From Nitrospirota bacterium (lineage in GTDB: Bacteria; Nitrospirota; UBA9217), in NCBI GenBank assembly GCA_963740085.1, contig CAVUCU010000004.1, positions 416,001 through 480,000 on the forward strand: a stretch of 64,000 bases of DNA, given 5' to 3'. The notes beneath the pieces were generated by a model. It worked only from the letters and a program-made list of their open reading frames with translations. It was not told where the DNA came from and made no database searches. This document shows positions 1 through 9,629 of this stretch, in pieces (within the stretch, counting starts at the first letter, position 1; every line of letters begins with the position of its first letter). The translations under genes and the position numbers were made by a program.

Positions 1-741
1 CCGCGGGCGGTGGTCGACGACATCGAGCTGCTGCGGGACGCGTTCAAGACCAAATATATTTTCTTTGTCGATTCCGTGTTCAATGACGATGAGGGCGCAT
101 ATCTTGATGTGCTCACTGAAATGGAGAAGCGGAATGTCAACATCCCCTGGACCGCATTCATCAAGCCCGGGGGCCTGACCGACGGGATCGTTGAACGGAT
201 GAAGAAGACCGGGTTTGCCGCGGCCGAGATCGGCACTGACGCGGCCTGCGATACGACGCTCAGGAGGATGGGAAAGAGCTTTACCTTCGACGACGTCATC
301 GCGTGCAATGATCTCTTCGGACGCCATGAGATCGCCACCTCTCATTTCTTCATGTTCGGCGGACCGGGAGAGACCGAGGAGACGGTGCAGGAAGGGATCA
401 GGAACATCCTGAGCCTGAAAAAATGCGTGGCGTTCATCTTTATGGGCATACGGATCCTGCCGAATACCCCGCTGGCCAGGCTGGCGGTCCGGGAAAAGCT
501 CATCGCACCCGACGAGGGAATGTTAAAGCCCATCTACTATCTGTCTCCGTCCGTTGATAAGAACTGGCTCGAGCAGACATTGACAACCGCCTTTGCCGAC
601 GTGCGCCATTGCGTGTTTCCGCCTGATAAAATGGACAACAGCCTCCAGGTGCTGCATAAACTCGGCTACACGGGCCCGATGTGGGACCTGCTGCTCCCCG
701 GGAAGAAACCCCGAGAGAGGGAACGGCATGCCGCAAAGTAG
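1..741 (+). CDS. B12-binding radical SAM protein of lipid-biosynthesis clusters, C-terminal part (5' truncated by window edge)
   Basis: Open frame from base 1; radical SAM barrel motifs FFVDSVFN, EIGTDA, FMFGGPGET; FAS/PKS context. CxxxCxxC and B12 domain lie outside the window. Confidence 0.8.
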   Translation, partial: PRAVVDDIELLRDAFKTKYIFFVDSVFNDDEGAYLDVLTEMEKRNVNIPWTAFIKPGGLTDGIVERMKKTGFAAAEIGTDAACDTTLRRMGKSFTFDDVIACNDLFGRHEIATSHFFMFGGPGETEETVQEGIRNILSLKKCVAFIFMGIRILPNTPLARLAVREKLIAPDEGMLKPIYYLSPSVDKNWLEQTLTTAFADVRHCVFPPDKMDNSLQVLHKLGYTGPMWDLLLPGKKPRERERHAAK

Positions 742-1927
742 CGCAATATCACGAGACCGCATCTGGTGCGCGGTCCCGGTCTACAATAACCGGGAAACGG
801 TCAAGGACGTGGTTGCCCGATGCCGTTCGATCCTCCGGAACGTCGTGGTGGTCGATGACGGCAGCTCGGACGCTGATGTGGCCGTGCTCCTTGCCGGTCT
901 CGACGTGGTTGTTTTGAAACAGGGAAAGAACCTCGGCAAAGGTCAGGCGATCCTTACCGCATCGCGCTATGTCGAGGACCACGGAGGTATGTACCTGATC
1001 ACGATCGATGCCGACGGTCAGCATGTTCCGCGGGACATCGAGAAATTTATCCCGCTCATCAAGGAAGACGAGCCGGCTCTTCTTATCGGGTGCAGGGATT
1101 TTAATACGGAGCATGTCCCCGCGTCGAGCCGCTTCGGCAGATCGTTCGCTAATTTCTGGCTCAAGGTCGAGACCGGTCTGACCATGGACGATTGCCAGAG
1201 CGGTTTTCGCGCCTATCCGGTTCACTATCTGAACCAACTGCGGTTCAAGGGAAAGCGCTACGATTTTGAAGCTGAGGTGCTCGCCAAGGCGGCCTGGGCA
1301 GGTCTCAAACTGATGACGGTCCCGATCCGCGTCATCTATCCGAAGCCGGACGAGCGTGTTTCGAGTTTCAAGCCTTTTATCGACAATCTTCGCCTCACCG
1401 GCATCCACTCGATGCTCGTGGGCAGGCGTCTCCTGCCCGTACCGCATAAGAAACTGGTACGGGATCACAACGCGTTCGATCTCTCGCTCTTGCGTCATCC
1501 GGCAAGGGCTCTCAAAATGCTCCTGCTTGAGAATGCGACTCCGGAAGGTCTGGCGATGTCGGCGGCGGTCGGCGTTTTCCTTGCCGTGCTTCCGCTCCTG
1601 TTCATGCATACGATCGTGATACTCTACGTTTCACTGCGGCTCAACCTGAACAAGGTCGTGTCTCTCAACGTGCAGCACCTGGCGATGCCGCCGTTCATCC
1701 CGGCGTTGTGCATCGAGACGGGATATTATCTCCGGCACGGTCGGTGGCTGACCGAGCTTTCGTTCAAGACGGTGTTTGAACAGTTCTCGTCACGTTTCTA
1801 CGAGTGGTTTCTCGGATCTCTGATCATTGCTCCTCTTACCGCGATCCTCATCGGTGGCATTATGTTTATCGCTGCAACAGTGATCAAGCGGGTACGGTGC
1901 GCGAATGTCGCAAAAGAAGGATGTTGA
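728..1927 (+). CDS. GT2 glycosyltransferase with C-terminal DUF2062-like membrane domain
   Basis: VPVYNN, VVDDGSSD, IDADGQH, DCQSGFR motifs; hydrophobic C-terminal third; ATG 728 overlaps upstream gene end. Confidence 0.88.
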   Translation: MPQSSAISRDRIWCAVPVYNNRETVKDVVARCRSILRNVVVVDDGSSDADVAVLLAGLDVVVLKQGKNLGKGQAILTASRYVEDHGGMYLITIDADGQHVPRDIEKFIPLIKEDEPALLIGCRDFNTEHVPASSRFGRSFANFWLKVETGLTMDDCQSGFRAYPVHYLNQLRFKGKRYDFEAEVLAKAAWAGLKLMTVPIRVIYPKPDERVSSFKPFIDNLRLTGIHSMLVGRRLLPVPHKKLVRDHNAFDLSLLRHPARALKMLLLENATPEGLAMSAAVGVFLAVLPLLFMHTIVILYVSLRLNLNKVVSLNVQHLAMPPFIPALCIETGYYLRHGRWLTELSFKTVFEQFSSRFYEWFLGSLIIAPLTAILIGGIMFIAATVIKRVRCANVAKEGC

Positions 1928-2807
1928 GCGGAAGAGAGGCACCCGGTCAGGCTTCTGGTTCTTCCGGACGGCAGTGCGTATCTTCGGCCTCAGGGGAACC
2001 TATGGACTGCTCTACTTCGTCAGTCTGTACTATCTTGCCTTTGACCGTGCGGTTGTTGCCGCGAGCAAGGCATATGTCAGGAGACGCTTCCCGGACCACG
2101 GCGCTGTCCGGCAGCTCTTCGATGTGTATCTGCTTTTCGTAAACCAGGGGAAAAGCCTCATTGACCGCTATTACGTCGCGGCCGGCGGCCGCGACATCAG
2201 GCTTGAACTTGTCGGATATGAAAAGATCAAGGACCTCCTTGCTGAGGGGCAGAAAGGGCTCATTTTGCTGACCGCTCACGTGGGCAACTGGCAGGTCGCG
2301 ATGACCGCCCTCAGGGAACTCGGGCGGACGGTCCACCTCATGATGCGCCCGGAGGACAATGTCGCGGTGAAAGAGGCGCTGAACATCGACAGCGAAAAGG
2401 ACACCGTTCGGATCATCTATACTGACGGCGCCATGGGCGGCGTGATAGAAGCCCTGAAAGCGATCAACCGGGGAGAAATCGTTTCGATCATGGGAGACCG
2501 CACCTATGGATATGGAGCGGTCGAGGCCTCCCTGCTCGGCGGGAAGGTACGGTTCCCGTACGGCGCGTTCAGTCTCGCATCGGCAGCTCACTGTCCCGTG
2601 GCAGTGCTGCTGTCGGCGAAGGCTGGAGCAAAGAAACATGTTACCGATGTCTCGCATGTGATCGATCCTCCCGCAGGCGCGCGGGGCAAGAAGGATGAGG
2701 AGATCCACGCATGTGTCCAGGAATTCGCCAGCGTCCTGGAAGAGTATTCTGTTCGCTACCCCTACCAGTGGTTCGTATTCCGCGACATGTGGCAGGGAAA
2801 TGATTGA
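1905..2807 (+). CDS. LpxL/HtrB-like lipid acyltransferase
   Basis: LLTAHVGNWQ, IMGDR, YPYQWF motifs of the lipid A acyltransferase family. Confidence 0.85.
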   Translation: MSQKKDVERKRGTRSGFWFFRTAVRIFGLRGTYGLLYFVSLYYLAFDRAVVAASKAYVRRRFPDHGAVRQLFDVYLLFVNQGKSLIDRYYVAAGGRDIRLELVGYEKIKDLLAEGQKGLILLTAHVGNWQVAMTALRELGRTVHLMMRPEDNVAVKEALNIDSEKDTVRIIYTDGAMGGVIEALKAINRGEIVSIMGDRTYGYGAVEASLLGGKVRFPYGAFSLASAAHCPVAVLLSAKAGAKKHVTDVSHVIDPPAGARGKKDEEIHACVQEFASVLEEYSVRYPYQWFVFRDMWQGND

Positions 2808-2837
2808 TATGATACATACCTTACAGGCAAGGAGAGC

Positions 2838-3128
2838 ATGATGGAGAAGAACAAGGAGCAGGAACTGGCGGCAATACGAAAAGATCTCAAGGAGATGATC
2901 GTCCGTGACCTTTCGCTGGAAGACATCAAGCCGGAGGATATCAAGGACGATGAGGTCTTGTTCGGGGAAGGGCTGGGGCTGGATTCCCTCGATGCCGTCG
3001 AGATCGTCGTGCTGCTGCAGCGCAACTTCGGCATGGAAGTGAAGAACATGGACCAGGGAAAAGAGATATTCCATTCCATCGATACCATGGCCCATTTTGT
3101 ATACGAGAACAAGAACAAGGCTTCATAA
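2838..3128 (+). CDS. Acyl carrier protein 1
   Basis: Acidic 96 aa with GLGLDSLDAVE phosphopantetheine site; AAGGAG RBS. Confidence 0.93.
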   Translation: MMEKNKEQELAAIRKDLKEMIVRDLSLEDIKPEDIKDDEVLFGEGLGLDSLDAVEIVVLLQRNFGMEVKNMDQGKEIFHSIDTMAHFVYENKNKAS

Positions 3129-3147
3129 TGATCGATCACCGGTACCT

Positions 3148-4152
3148 ATGAGACGGCATTTAATCGTATTGTGGCTTCTGGTGTTCCTTGTTTCCTGCGG
3201 CGGGATCGGCACACGGAAGCCTGCTGATTCAGGAGGTCCCACGGGTTCGGTCCCGCTGATCTCCTTCGTGTTCGACGACGGGAACGACACGGATTACCTG
3301 GTTGCCAGGGCAATTTTTGCGGAGCAGGGGGCCGTCGCCTGCTCGGCGATCACGACCGACTGGATCAACAGGCCGGGGTATCTTACCGCTGAACAGATCA
3401 TCGGGCTCAAAGGTGCGGGCTGGGAGATCATGGCCCATACGGCGACCCATCCGAACCTGAGGTCTCTTACGTCCGCTCAGGTCGAGGTAGAACTGTCACG
3501 ATCAAAAGCGGCACTCGATGATCTGGGGCTCGGCATCAAGAACCTCGTCTATCCGTATAACAAGAACAATGAGATGGTCAGGGCGATCGCCAGGCGTTAC
3601 TACCGTTCAGGAAGGGGCGGCACGAACACGGCGAATGGGGCGGACCTCGATCCGTATGATTTGAAATCTTATTCGATCAAACATGATCTTGCCGGGATGG
3701 AGCGATACATCGATCGCGCTTATGCCGGCAGGTCCTGGATCATTTTCTACCAGCATCAGGTCGACATCAAGGTCGCCGTTGAAAAGAGACAGGGGAGCTT
3801 CATTCCCGGAGAGAAGTTGCTGTTCAGTCCTTCGGGTGCGATCGGCAGGTATGAACCGCCGGCGTGGTACTTGTTCTTCGGGTCCCTGTATTTTGTCCCG
3901 CTTTCAGGGAGACCAGAGGCAGGGGACACGATCACCGGAGAGACAAGCGGCGCATCGGCCCGCATCGACCGGATTCTTTACGACGAAAGGGCCCAGCTTC
4001 GCGATATGATCCGTTATGTTCACATGCACTATCCGGACATGCGGATCGTAACGATCGATCAGGGGCTGGACATTCTGGGTGTCGCGCAGCAGACAAACGC
4101 GTACGAGAACAGGCCGGCAAAGAGCGTGCGCAGCGCGGTAACCGTGAAATGA
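3148..4152 (+). CDS. Polysaccharide deacetylase (CE4/NodB-like) lipoprotein
   Basis: MRRHLIVLWLLVFLVSC lipobox; FVFDDG, HTATH, YPY motifs. Confidence 0.82.
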   Translation: MRRHLIVLWLLVFLVSCGGIGTRKPADSGGPTGSVPLISFVFDDGNDTDYLVARAIFAEQGAVACSAITTDWINRPGYLTAEQIIGLKGAGWEIMAHTATHPNLRSLTSAQVEVELSRSKAALDDLGLGIKNLVYPYNKNNEMVRAIARRYYRSGRGGTNTANGADLDPYDLKSYSIKHDLAGMERYIDRAYAGRSWIIFYQHQVDIKVAVEKRQGSFIPGEKLLFSPSGAIGRYEPPAWYLFFGSLYFVPLSGRPEAGDTITGETSGASARIDRILYDERAQLRDMIRYVHMHYPDMRIVTIDQGLDILGVAQQTNAYENRPAKSVRSAVTVK

Positions 4153-4167
4153 ACAGATATCGAAACT

Positions 4168-5347
4168 ATGCATGATACCTCAATGTTGATAACGGGCATC
4201 GGGGTCATATCCGCTGCGGGAAACAATGTGGCCGAGACGCTCACCTCCTTCGAGCTGGGGACGAGGAATGCGGGACCGGTGACCCTTTTTCCCACGGATT
4301 TGAAATCTCCGGTATTTGAAGTGAAGCGTCTTCCGGCTGAATATTATCTGGAAGGCTGGCGGACCGTGAGCCTTGCCCTGATCGCCGTTGATGAGGCGTT
4401 GAAGGACGCGCGTCTGTCCGACCTTAAGGAGTTCCGGGTAGGTGTCTGCATGGGAACGACCGTGGCGAGCCAGCTGAACGCTTTGCAGTTCTATAAAACG
4501 TACCGCGAGCGCGGTGCGGCGCCGATGACGTCGGTTGACAGATTTTTGAAGGGAAATCTCGCCGAGTATATAGCGCGCCGGATCGGGGCGCGGGGCCCGC
4601 AGATCTCCGTGGTGAACGCCTGCTCTTCCTCGACCGACGCGATCGGCGTTGCGCTCTCCTGGCTCAAGAGCGGCCTGTGCGATATCGCGATCGCGGGCGG
4701 GGCGGATGAGTTGAACCATGTGCCCTACTGCGGCTTCAGCTCCCTCGGCATTGCCAATCCCGGTCTTTGCACACCCTTTGACCGGGACCGCAAAGGTCTG
4801 AACCTCGGAGAAGGCGCGGGGATCATGGTCATCGAAAGCAGGGCAACAGCGCGCAAAAGGGGCGTGTCATCACCTCTTTTTCTTTCGGGCTACGGCACCT
4901 CAAGCGACGCCTATCACCTGACCGCGCCCAGTCCCGAAGGTGTTGGTTTGAAAGCGGCCCTCCATGACGCACTGACGGAAGCGGGCATCGCGCCTCGAGA
5001 GGTCGGTTTTGTCAATGCCCACGGCACCGGAACTCATGAAAATGATCTGGTCGAAGGAAAGTCGCTGGCGGACATTTTCGGACCGGATCTCATCATGCTG
5101 TCGACCAAAGGATTTACGGGGCATACCCTGGGAGCTGCGGGCGGCATCGAGGCCGTGTTCACGGCGGCAGGACTCCGGTGCAGGATGGGTGCCGGCCAGC
5201 GCGGGTTTTCAGAACAAGGACGAGGCCATCCCCATTTCTCCGGTGAGAAAAAAGACCGCTATCACCGGACGTTTCGCCCTCTCTACTTCGCTGGCCTTCG
5301 GGGGCACTAATGCCGCGATCGTGATCGGACGGGAGGCAGGCGTATGA
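4168..5347 (+). CDS. Beta-ketoacyl-ACP synthase (FabF-like KS), frameshift near 5180
   Basis: NACSSS, NAHGTGT, KGFTGHTLGA give the Cys-His-His triad; terminal STSLAFGGTNAA lies in another frame ending at 5347, overlapping the next ATG. Confidence 0.9.
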
Positions 5348-6414
5348 AGATCGCCGGGATCGGCATGATCTTTACGCAGGGTCTGGGCATCGACAGCCTT
5401 GAGAAGGCCCTGCAAAACGGATGGCGGAAGCCGGGCGAAGTGGCGGCTCATCCGGTCAGTGGCGGTACGTTGCCCGCGTATCTTGTTGATCTTACTACAA
5501 CGTCCGTTAAAGCGCTGTTAAAGAAGGTCCGGCGCTCGGATTCCCTGAGCAAGATGTCCGTGGTCGCGGCGTCGGACGCCCTTGCTGACAGCGGTATTGA
5601 GAATATAGCTCAAAAAAGGCTCGGCATCATCATAGCCACCGCCTTCGGTCCCCATGTGACCACGTTCGATTTTCTGGACGACATCCTTGACCACGGGGAC
5701 GCCGCCGTGTCGCCGACCACGTTTTCCAACTCGGTGCACAATGCCGCGGCCTCCTATGTCGCCACGTCCCTGAATATCAAGGGGCCGACGCTGACGATCA
5801 CGCAATTCCACTTCTCGTTCCAGGGTGCGCTGCAGCTTGCACAGGCCTGGTTGCAGCAGGGCCGCTGCGACTATGTCCTTGTCGGGGCAGTGGACCAGTA
5901 CGGAGAGGTCCTCGGGTATGTTTCCGATCATAAACTCTCGACGGCGAAGGATGGCAGGATCAAACCTTTCACCTTCAACCCCACCTGTCAGGTCCCTGGT
6001 GAAGGCGCCGCTTTCTTTCTGGTGGGCAAAGGAAACGAGGGCAACGTGTATTGCGACGTCAACGCCGTTCACATCGGCGACGATCCGGATCGCCGAAAAC
6101 CCGTCGATATCAACATCATCGATGCCGACGGCATGCTGCCCGACGAGTCCGCGTACCGGTCATCCCTGTCGGCCACTATCCCGACAGCTGCCTATTCGCC
6201 GCTCTTCGGCAGCATGATGATCGGCAGCGCCTTTAATGCCGCGGCAGGCGCGCTGATGCTGAAACGGCAAAGGCGTTATGCCGCTCCGGTGCCGGACAAC
6301 CCTCATGGGATCAGTCTTCTCACGGAATCCGTCAGCAGCCATGTCGAGTCGATTCGATGTATCGGGATCAATTGTTACGCGGAAAAGTCGGCGATCTATT
6401 TAACGAGGGCGTGA
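5344..6414 (+). CDS. Ketosynthase chain-length factor (inactive KS partner)
   Basis: KS N-terminal fold, SPTTFSNSVHNA motif, Gln (TITQF) where KS has the catalytic Cys; ATGA coupling to KS. Confidence 0.82.
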   Translation: MKIAGIGMIFTQGLGIDSLEKALQNGWRKPGEVAAHPVSGGTLPAYLVDLTTTSVKALLKKVRRSDSLSKMSVVAASDALADSGIENIAQKRLGIIIATAFGPHVTTFDFLDDILDHGDAAVSPTTFSNSVHNAAASYVATSLNIKGPTLTITQFHFSFQGALQLAQAWLQQGRCDYVLVGAVDQYGEVLGYVSDHKLSTAKDGRIKPFTFNPTCQVPGEGAAFFLVGKGNEGNVYCDVNAVHIGDDPDRRKPVDINIIDADGMLPDESAYRSSLSATIPTAAYSPLFGSMMIGSAFNAAAGALMLKRQRRYAAPVPDNPHGISLLTESVSSHVESIRCIGINCYAEKSAIYLTRA

Positions 6415-6476
6415 GTCTGATTTTAGTCACGAGAGAATAAAAATCTTCTCAAAAACGGAAAGAATATTTCAAAGCA

Positions 6477-6607
6477 TTAACACGAATGCCGCGAAAAGAA
6501 CGAATTGCACTAATAAAACCCGGAAACCCTGTTTTCCCTTCGTGATATTCGGAGCATTCGTGTAATTCGTGTTAAAAGGTCAGGTTCCGAACTTGTCCGG
6601 GTTAGGA
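6477..6607. repeat. Palindromic intergenic element (MITE/REP-like)
   Basis: TTAACACGAAT (6477-6487) / ATTCGTGTTAA (6565-6575) inverted repeat, followed by GGTTCCGAACTTGTCCGGGTTAGGA similar to 26653-26676. Confidence 0.6.
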
Positions 6608-6624
6608 TAATGAGGCTATAAAAC

Positions 6625-6867
6625 ATGACCATACAGGAAATTGAAGCTACGTTGATTCAGGGGATCGCTTCGATCACAAACAGGGACGCATCGACCGTTT
6701 CTCCTGATGTGCCATTTCACGATCTGGGGATCGACTCGCTCGGGTTCATCGAGATCCTCGTGTTCATTGAAAAGACATTCAAACTTCCACTGATCGCGGC
6801 GGACCTGACCAGGAAGGACTTTGAGACCATTCACGCCCTGGCTTCGTTCATCAACGGAAAAGTGTAG
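6625..6867 (+). CDS. Acyl carrier protein 2
   Basis: 80 aa, DLGIDSLG phosphopantetheine motif. Confidence 0.9.
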   Translation: MTIQEIEATLIQGIASITNRDASTVSPDVPFHDLGIDSLGFIEILVFIEKTFKLPLIAADLTRKDFETIHALASFINGKV

Positions 6868-6880
6868 AACGGGAGCGGTC

Positions 6881-8209
6881 ATGTTGGTGTCTAAACGCAA
6901 GCGTTACCTCTCCGGCTCCGACTGGGTGATCAACACCTTTGATCACATGATGAAGGCCAGGACCTGCGCAGGCAACATGTCACAGGTGGTGCTCCAGTTC
7001 GATTCGCCTCTTGATGAGAACGAGCTCCGCACGCAGGTGAGCCGGTTCGTGAATCAGTTCCCGGTATTGCAGGGTAGCGTGGGACGGGACCTCAAACTTG
7101 CGCCCTACTGGAGGATCCCGTCGAAAGGCATTCACGAGGTAACGTTCGTTGTCCATCGCGCGGATGACCGGATGTCAGGCCGTGAATTCCGTACCTTTCT
7201 GGAAAAGAGCGCGAATACGGCGTTTCGGGACGACAACGATCATCTTGCGTTCCATCTGTTCACCGGCCACGAGCGAAGCACGCTCGCCATGACCTTCGAC
7301 CACCGCATCCTCGACGCACGCGGGGCAGAGTTGTTTTTGGACCTGTTCCAGGCCAGCTTGAACAAGGGTGCACCCAGGGTATCCGGGGACATTGCCTTTG
7401 CCTCTTCATCGGCCTTGACCCACTGGTCGAAGAGGTTTCTGGCAGGCAGGAACGTGAACCGCAGGATCATGACGCTTTCGAAAACATCCACGCCGGAGGC
7501 CCTGCCGCTTCCGCTCGGGGGAGATCGATGCTACCGTTATCATCTTCTTTCGTTCAATGAAAAGGAGACCGCAGGTATTTATGAACGGGCATACAGCGAG
7601 GCAGGATATCTTATGGAATCGCCGTATCTGCTGTCCGTGATCGTTCAAAGCATGCGCGAACTGTTCAAGAGCAGGCAGATGACCGGGGCCAGCTACCTTG
7701 TCCCCGTTACCATGGACCTGCGGCCCGGCCTGGACCCGCTGCAGGAAGTATTTTTCAATTACGTGTCGTACCTGTTTTACCAGATACCGGTCCCCGAAGT
7801 TGATGACCGTAAGGGGCTCATTGCCTTGCTCAAGCAGCAGATGTACGACCAGGTGAAATCGGGTTTTCCTAAAGACCTTGTGGAGGCGAGCCTGTTGACC
7901 CGCATCGCGCCGTTGTCCGTGCTCGGGAAGCTGCTGCACCTTCCGATGAAGGGGAAAATGGCCACCTTTGTCTTTTCGCATCTCGGGAAGAGTTCATATC
8001 AGCATCCCGGGTTCATGGGGAAAAGGATCGCGAATATGTTTCATATGCCGCGCGTTCCCGTGCCTCCCGGGCTCGGGTTCTTCAGCAATTATTACAACAA
8101 GCGACTCAACATGGTGATCTCCTCTCTGGATGGGCTGCTCAGTGATGGAGAGGTCCGGATGCTCGAAGAGGGCATTCGGGATCGATTCGGCGTTTCGAAG
8201 GCATCATGA
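6881..8209 (+). CDS. Stand-alone condensation-domain-like / CoA-dependent acyltransferase
   Basis: FDHRILDARG (HxxxD) motif, VPVTMDLR, about 440 aa; GGAG RBS before ATG 6881. Confidence 0.65.
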   Translation: MLVSKRKRYLSGSDWVINTFDHMMKARTCAGNMSQVVLQFDSPLDENELRTQVSRFVNQFPVLQGSVGRDLKLAPYWRIPSKGIHEVTFVVHRADDRMSGREFRTFLEKSANTAFRDDNDHLAFHLFTGHERSTLAMTFDHRILDARGAELFLDLFQASLNKGAPRVSGDIAFASSSALTHWSKRFLAGRNVNRRIMTLSKTSTPEALPLPLGGDRCYRYHLLSFNEKETAGIYERAYSEAGYLMESPYLLSVIVQSMRELFKSRQMTGASYLVPVTMDLRPGLDPLQEVFFNYVSYLFYQIPVPEVDDRKGLIALLKQQMYDQVKSGFPKDLVEASLLTRIAPLSVLGKLLHLPMKGKMATFVFSHLGKSSYQHPGFMGKRIANMFHMPRVPVPPGLGFFSNYYNKRLNMVISSLDGLLSDGEVRMLEEGIRDRFGVSKAS

Positions 8210-9414
8210 ATATTACCTGTGATGTTCTCGTGATCGGGGCGGGTGTTGCCGGCGCGTCAGCAGCTGTAGCAGCGGCACGGGGCGGATCGCGCACGGTGCT
8301 CCTCGAGAAGGAATGCTATCTCGGCGGCACCGGCGCCGCGGGCATGTTCCAGTATATCTGCGGTCTCTATCTGAACGGTGATCCCATGCCGAGAGAGACA
8401 TTGAACCAGGGGATCGTGCGCGAACTTGTTTCTTTGTTGTACGCGAGATCGCCGCAGAGAACAGTGAAAAAGATGGGTCAGGTGTACGTGCTGCCCTATT
8501 CGAGCGGAGATCTGCAATCTGCGCTCACTTCGCTCTGCAGCGCTGAAAAAGGATTGACGGTACTGCAGAAAGCCGCGGCGGTCGGGGTCACGAACCGATC
8601 AGCGGGAATCGGGAGCGTCACGGTCAAGGGTCCTGACGGCGACCAGGTGATCGTACCGCAGGTGGTTATCGATTGTTCGGGAAGCGGAGAGATCGCAGCT
8701 CTCGCCGGGGCGGAATTCGATCTTTCGAGTGCGGAAGAACGTCAGCTGGCAGGTTTCACGCTTCACCTCAAAGGCCTGCAGGGCGCCGACGATTCGCTTG
8801 CGCTCAAAGTACCTTATCATCTTGCCCAGGCGGTGAGACAAGGGATGTTTGCACCCGCAGTAAGGTTTACTACCTTCAGTCCCGGCGATGAGGCCGGTGA
8901 GGGGTATTGCAAGATGAGCATCGACGCTGAAGAAGGCCCGCTGAGGGAAGAACAGACGAGAAAAGAAGCCGCTGCAGTGCATGCCTATCTCGCATCGGTC
9001 ATCCCGGCCTTTAAAAATTCCTCCATTGCCGGGACTTCGAACAAGGTGCTTGAGCGCGAGGGCAGAAGGGTCAGGGGAGAGTATACGCTCACGAAAGAGG
9101 ATGTGCTTTCAGCCAGAAAGTTTTCCGATGGGATTGTGAAAAATGCCTGGCCTATCGAGCTCTGGGACAGGCTGAAAGGAACGGTCTATAAATATGTCCC
9201 GCGGGGAGAATATTATGAGATCCCGTTAAGGTGTCTGACGGTCAAAAATGTCGCGAACCTGCTCACTGCAGGGCGCTGCATATCGGTCACCCATGAGGCG
9301 CTCGGCTCGACGCGAGTTATGGGCGCCTGCATTGCGCTGGGCGAGCAGGCAGGCAAAGCAGCGGCACACCGGGTAAGGAACGGGAAGTACCCTGAGAACA
9401 TGAAGGAGTATTAA
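8206..9414 (+). CDS. FAD-dependent oxidoreductase (FAD_oxidored-like family)
   Basis: DVLVIGAGVAG Rossmann motif, IDCSGSG, REGRRVRGEY, AGRCIS...ALGSTRVM. Confidence 0.87.
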   Translation: MNITCDVLVIGAGVAGASAAVAAARGGSRTVLLEKECYLGGTGAAGMFQYICGLYLNGDPMPRETLNQGIVRELVSLLYARSPQRTVKKMGQVYVLPYSSGDLQSALTSLCSAEKGLTVLQKAAAVGVTNRSAGIGSVTVKGPDGDQVIVPQVVIDCSGSGEIAALAGAEFDLSSAEERQLAGFTLHLKGLQGADDSLALKVPYHLAQAVRQGMFAPAVRFTTFSPGDEAGEGYCKMSIDAEEGPLREEQTRKEAAAVHAYLASVIPAFKNSSIAGTSNKVLEREGRRVRGEYTLTKEDVLSARKFSDGIVKNAWPIELWDRLKGTVYKYVPRGEYYEIPLRCLTVKNVANLLTAGRCISVTHEALGSTRVMGACIALGEQAGKAAAHRVRNGKYPENMKEY

Positions 9415-9421
9415 TAATAAC

Positions 9422-9588
9422 GTAACTACTCAGCACATCTCAACCCAGAAGTGTGATACGCAAGATAGAAACCTTGATATCCGCAGATTACGCAGATGGA
9501 CGCAGATTTCAATATAAAAGAGGTCAAGTTTGATCTAATCTGTGAAATCTGCGTAATCTGCGGACAATGATTTGACCTGAGTAATTAA
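9422..9588. mobile_element. MITE-like element with nested hairpin
   Basis: Terminal IR GTAACTACTCAG / CTGAGTAATTAA (10/12 match); internal perfect 18-bp IR TCCGCAGATTACGCAGAT (9480-9497) / 9547-9564; no ORF. Confidence 0.65.
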
Positions 9589-9629
9589 GTTTCTTGTTGC
9601 TTGATCGTTTATCCAAAGAGGTGATCTTA

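Noticed and set aside
5170-5190. Programmed frameshift in the KS gene
   Set aside because: No slippery heptamer or stimulatory hairpin; the unshifted product would lack the essential KS C-terminus; an indel error is simpler.
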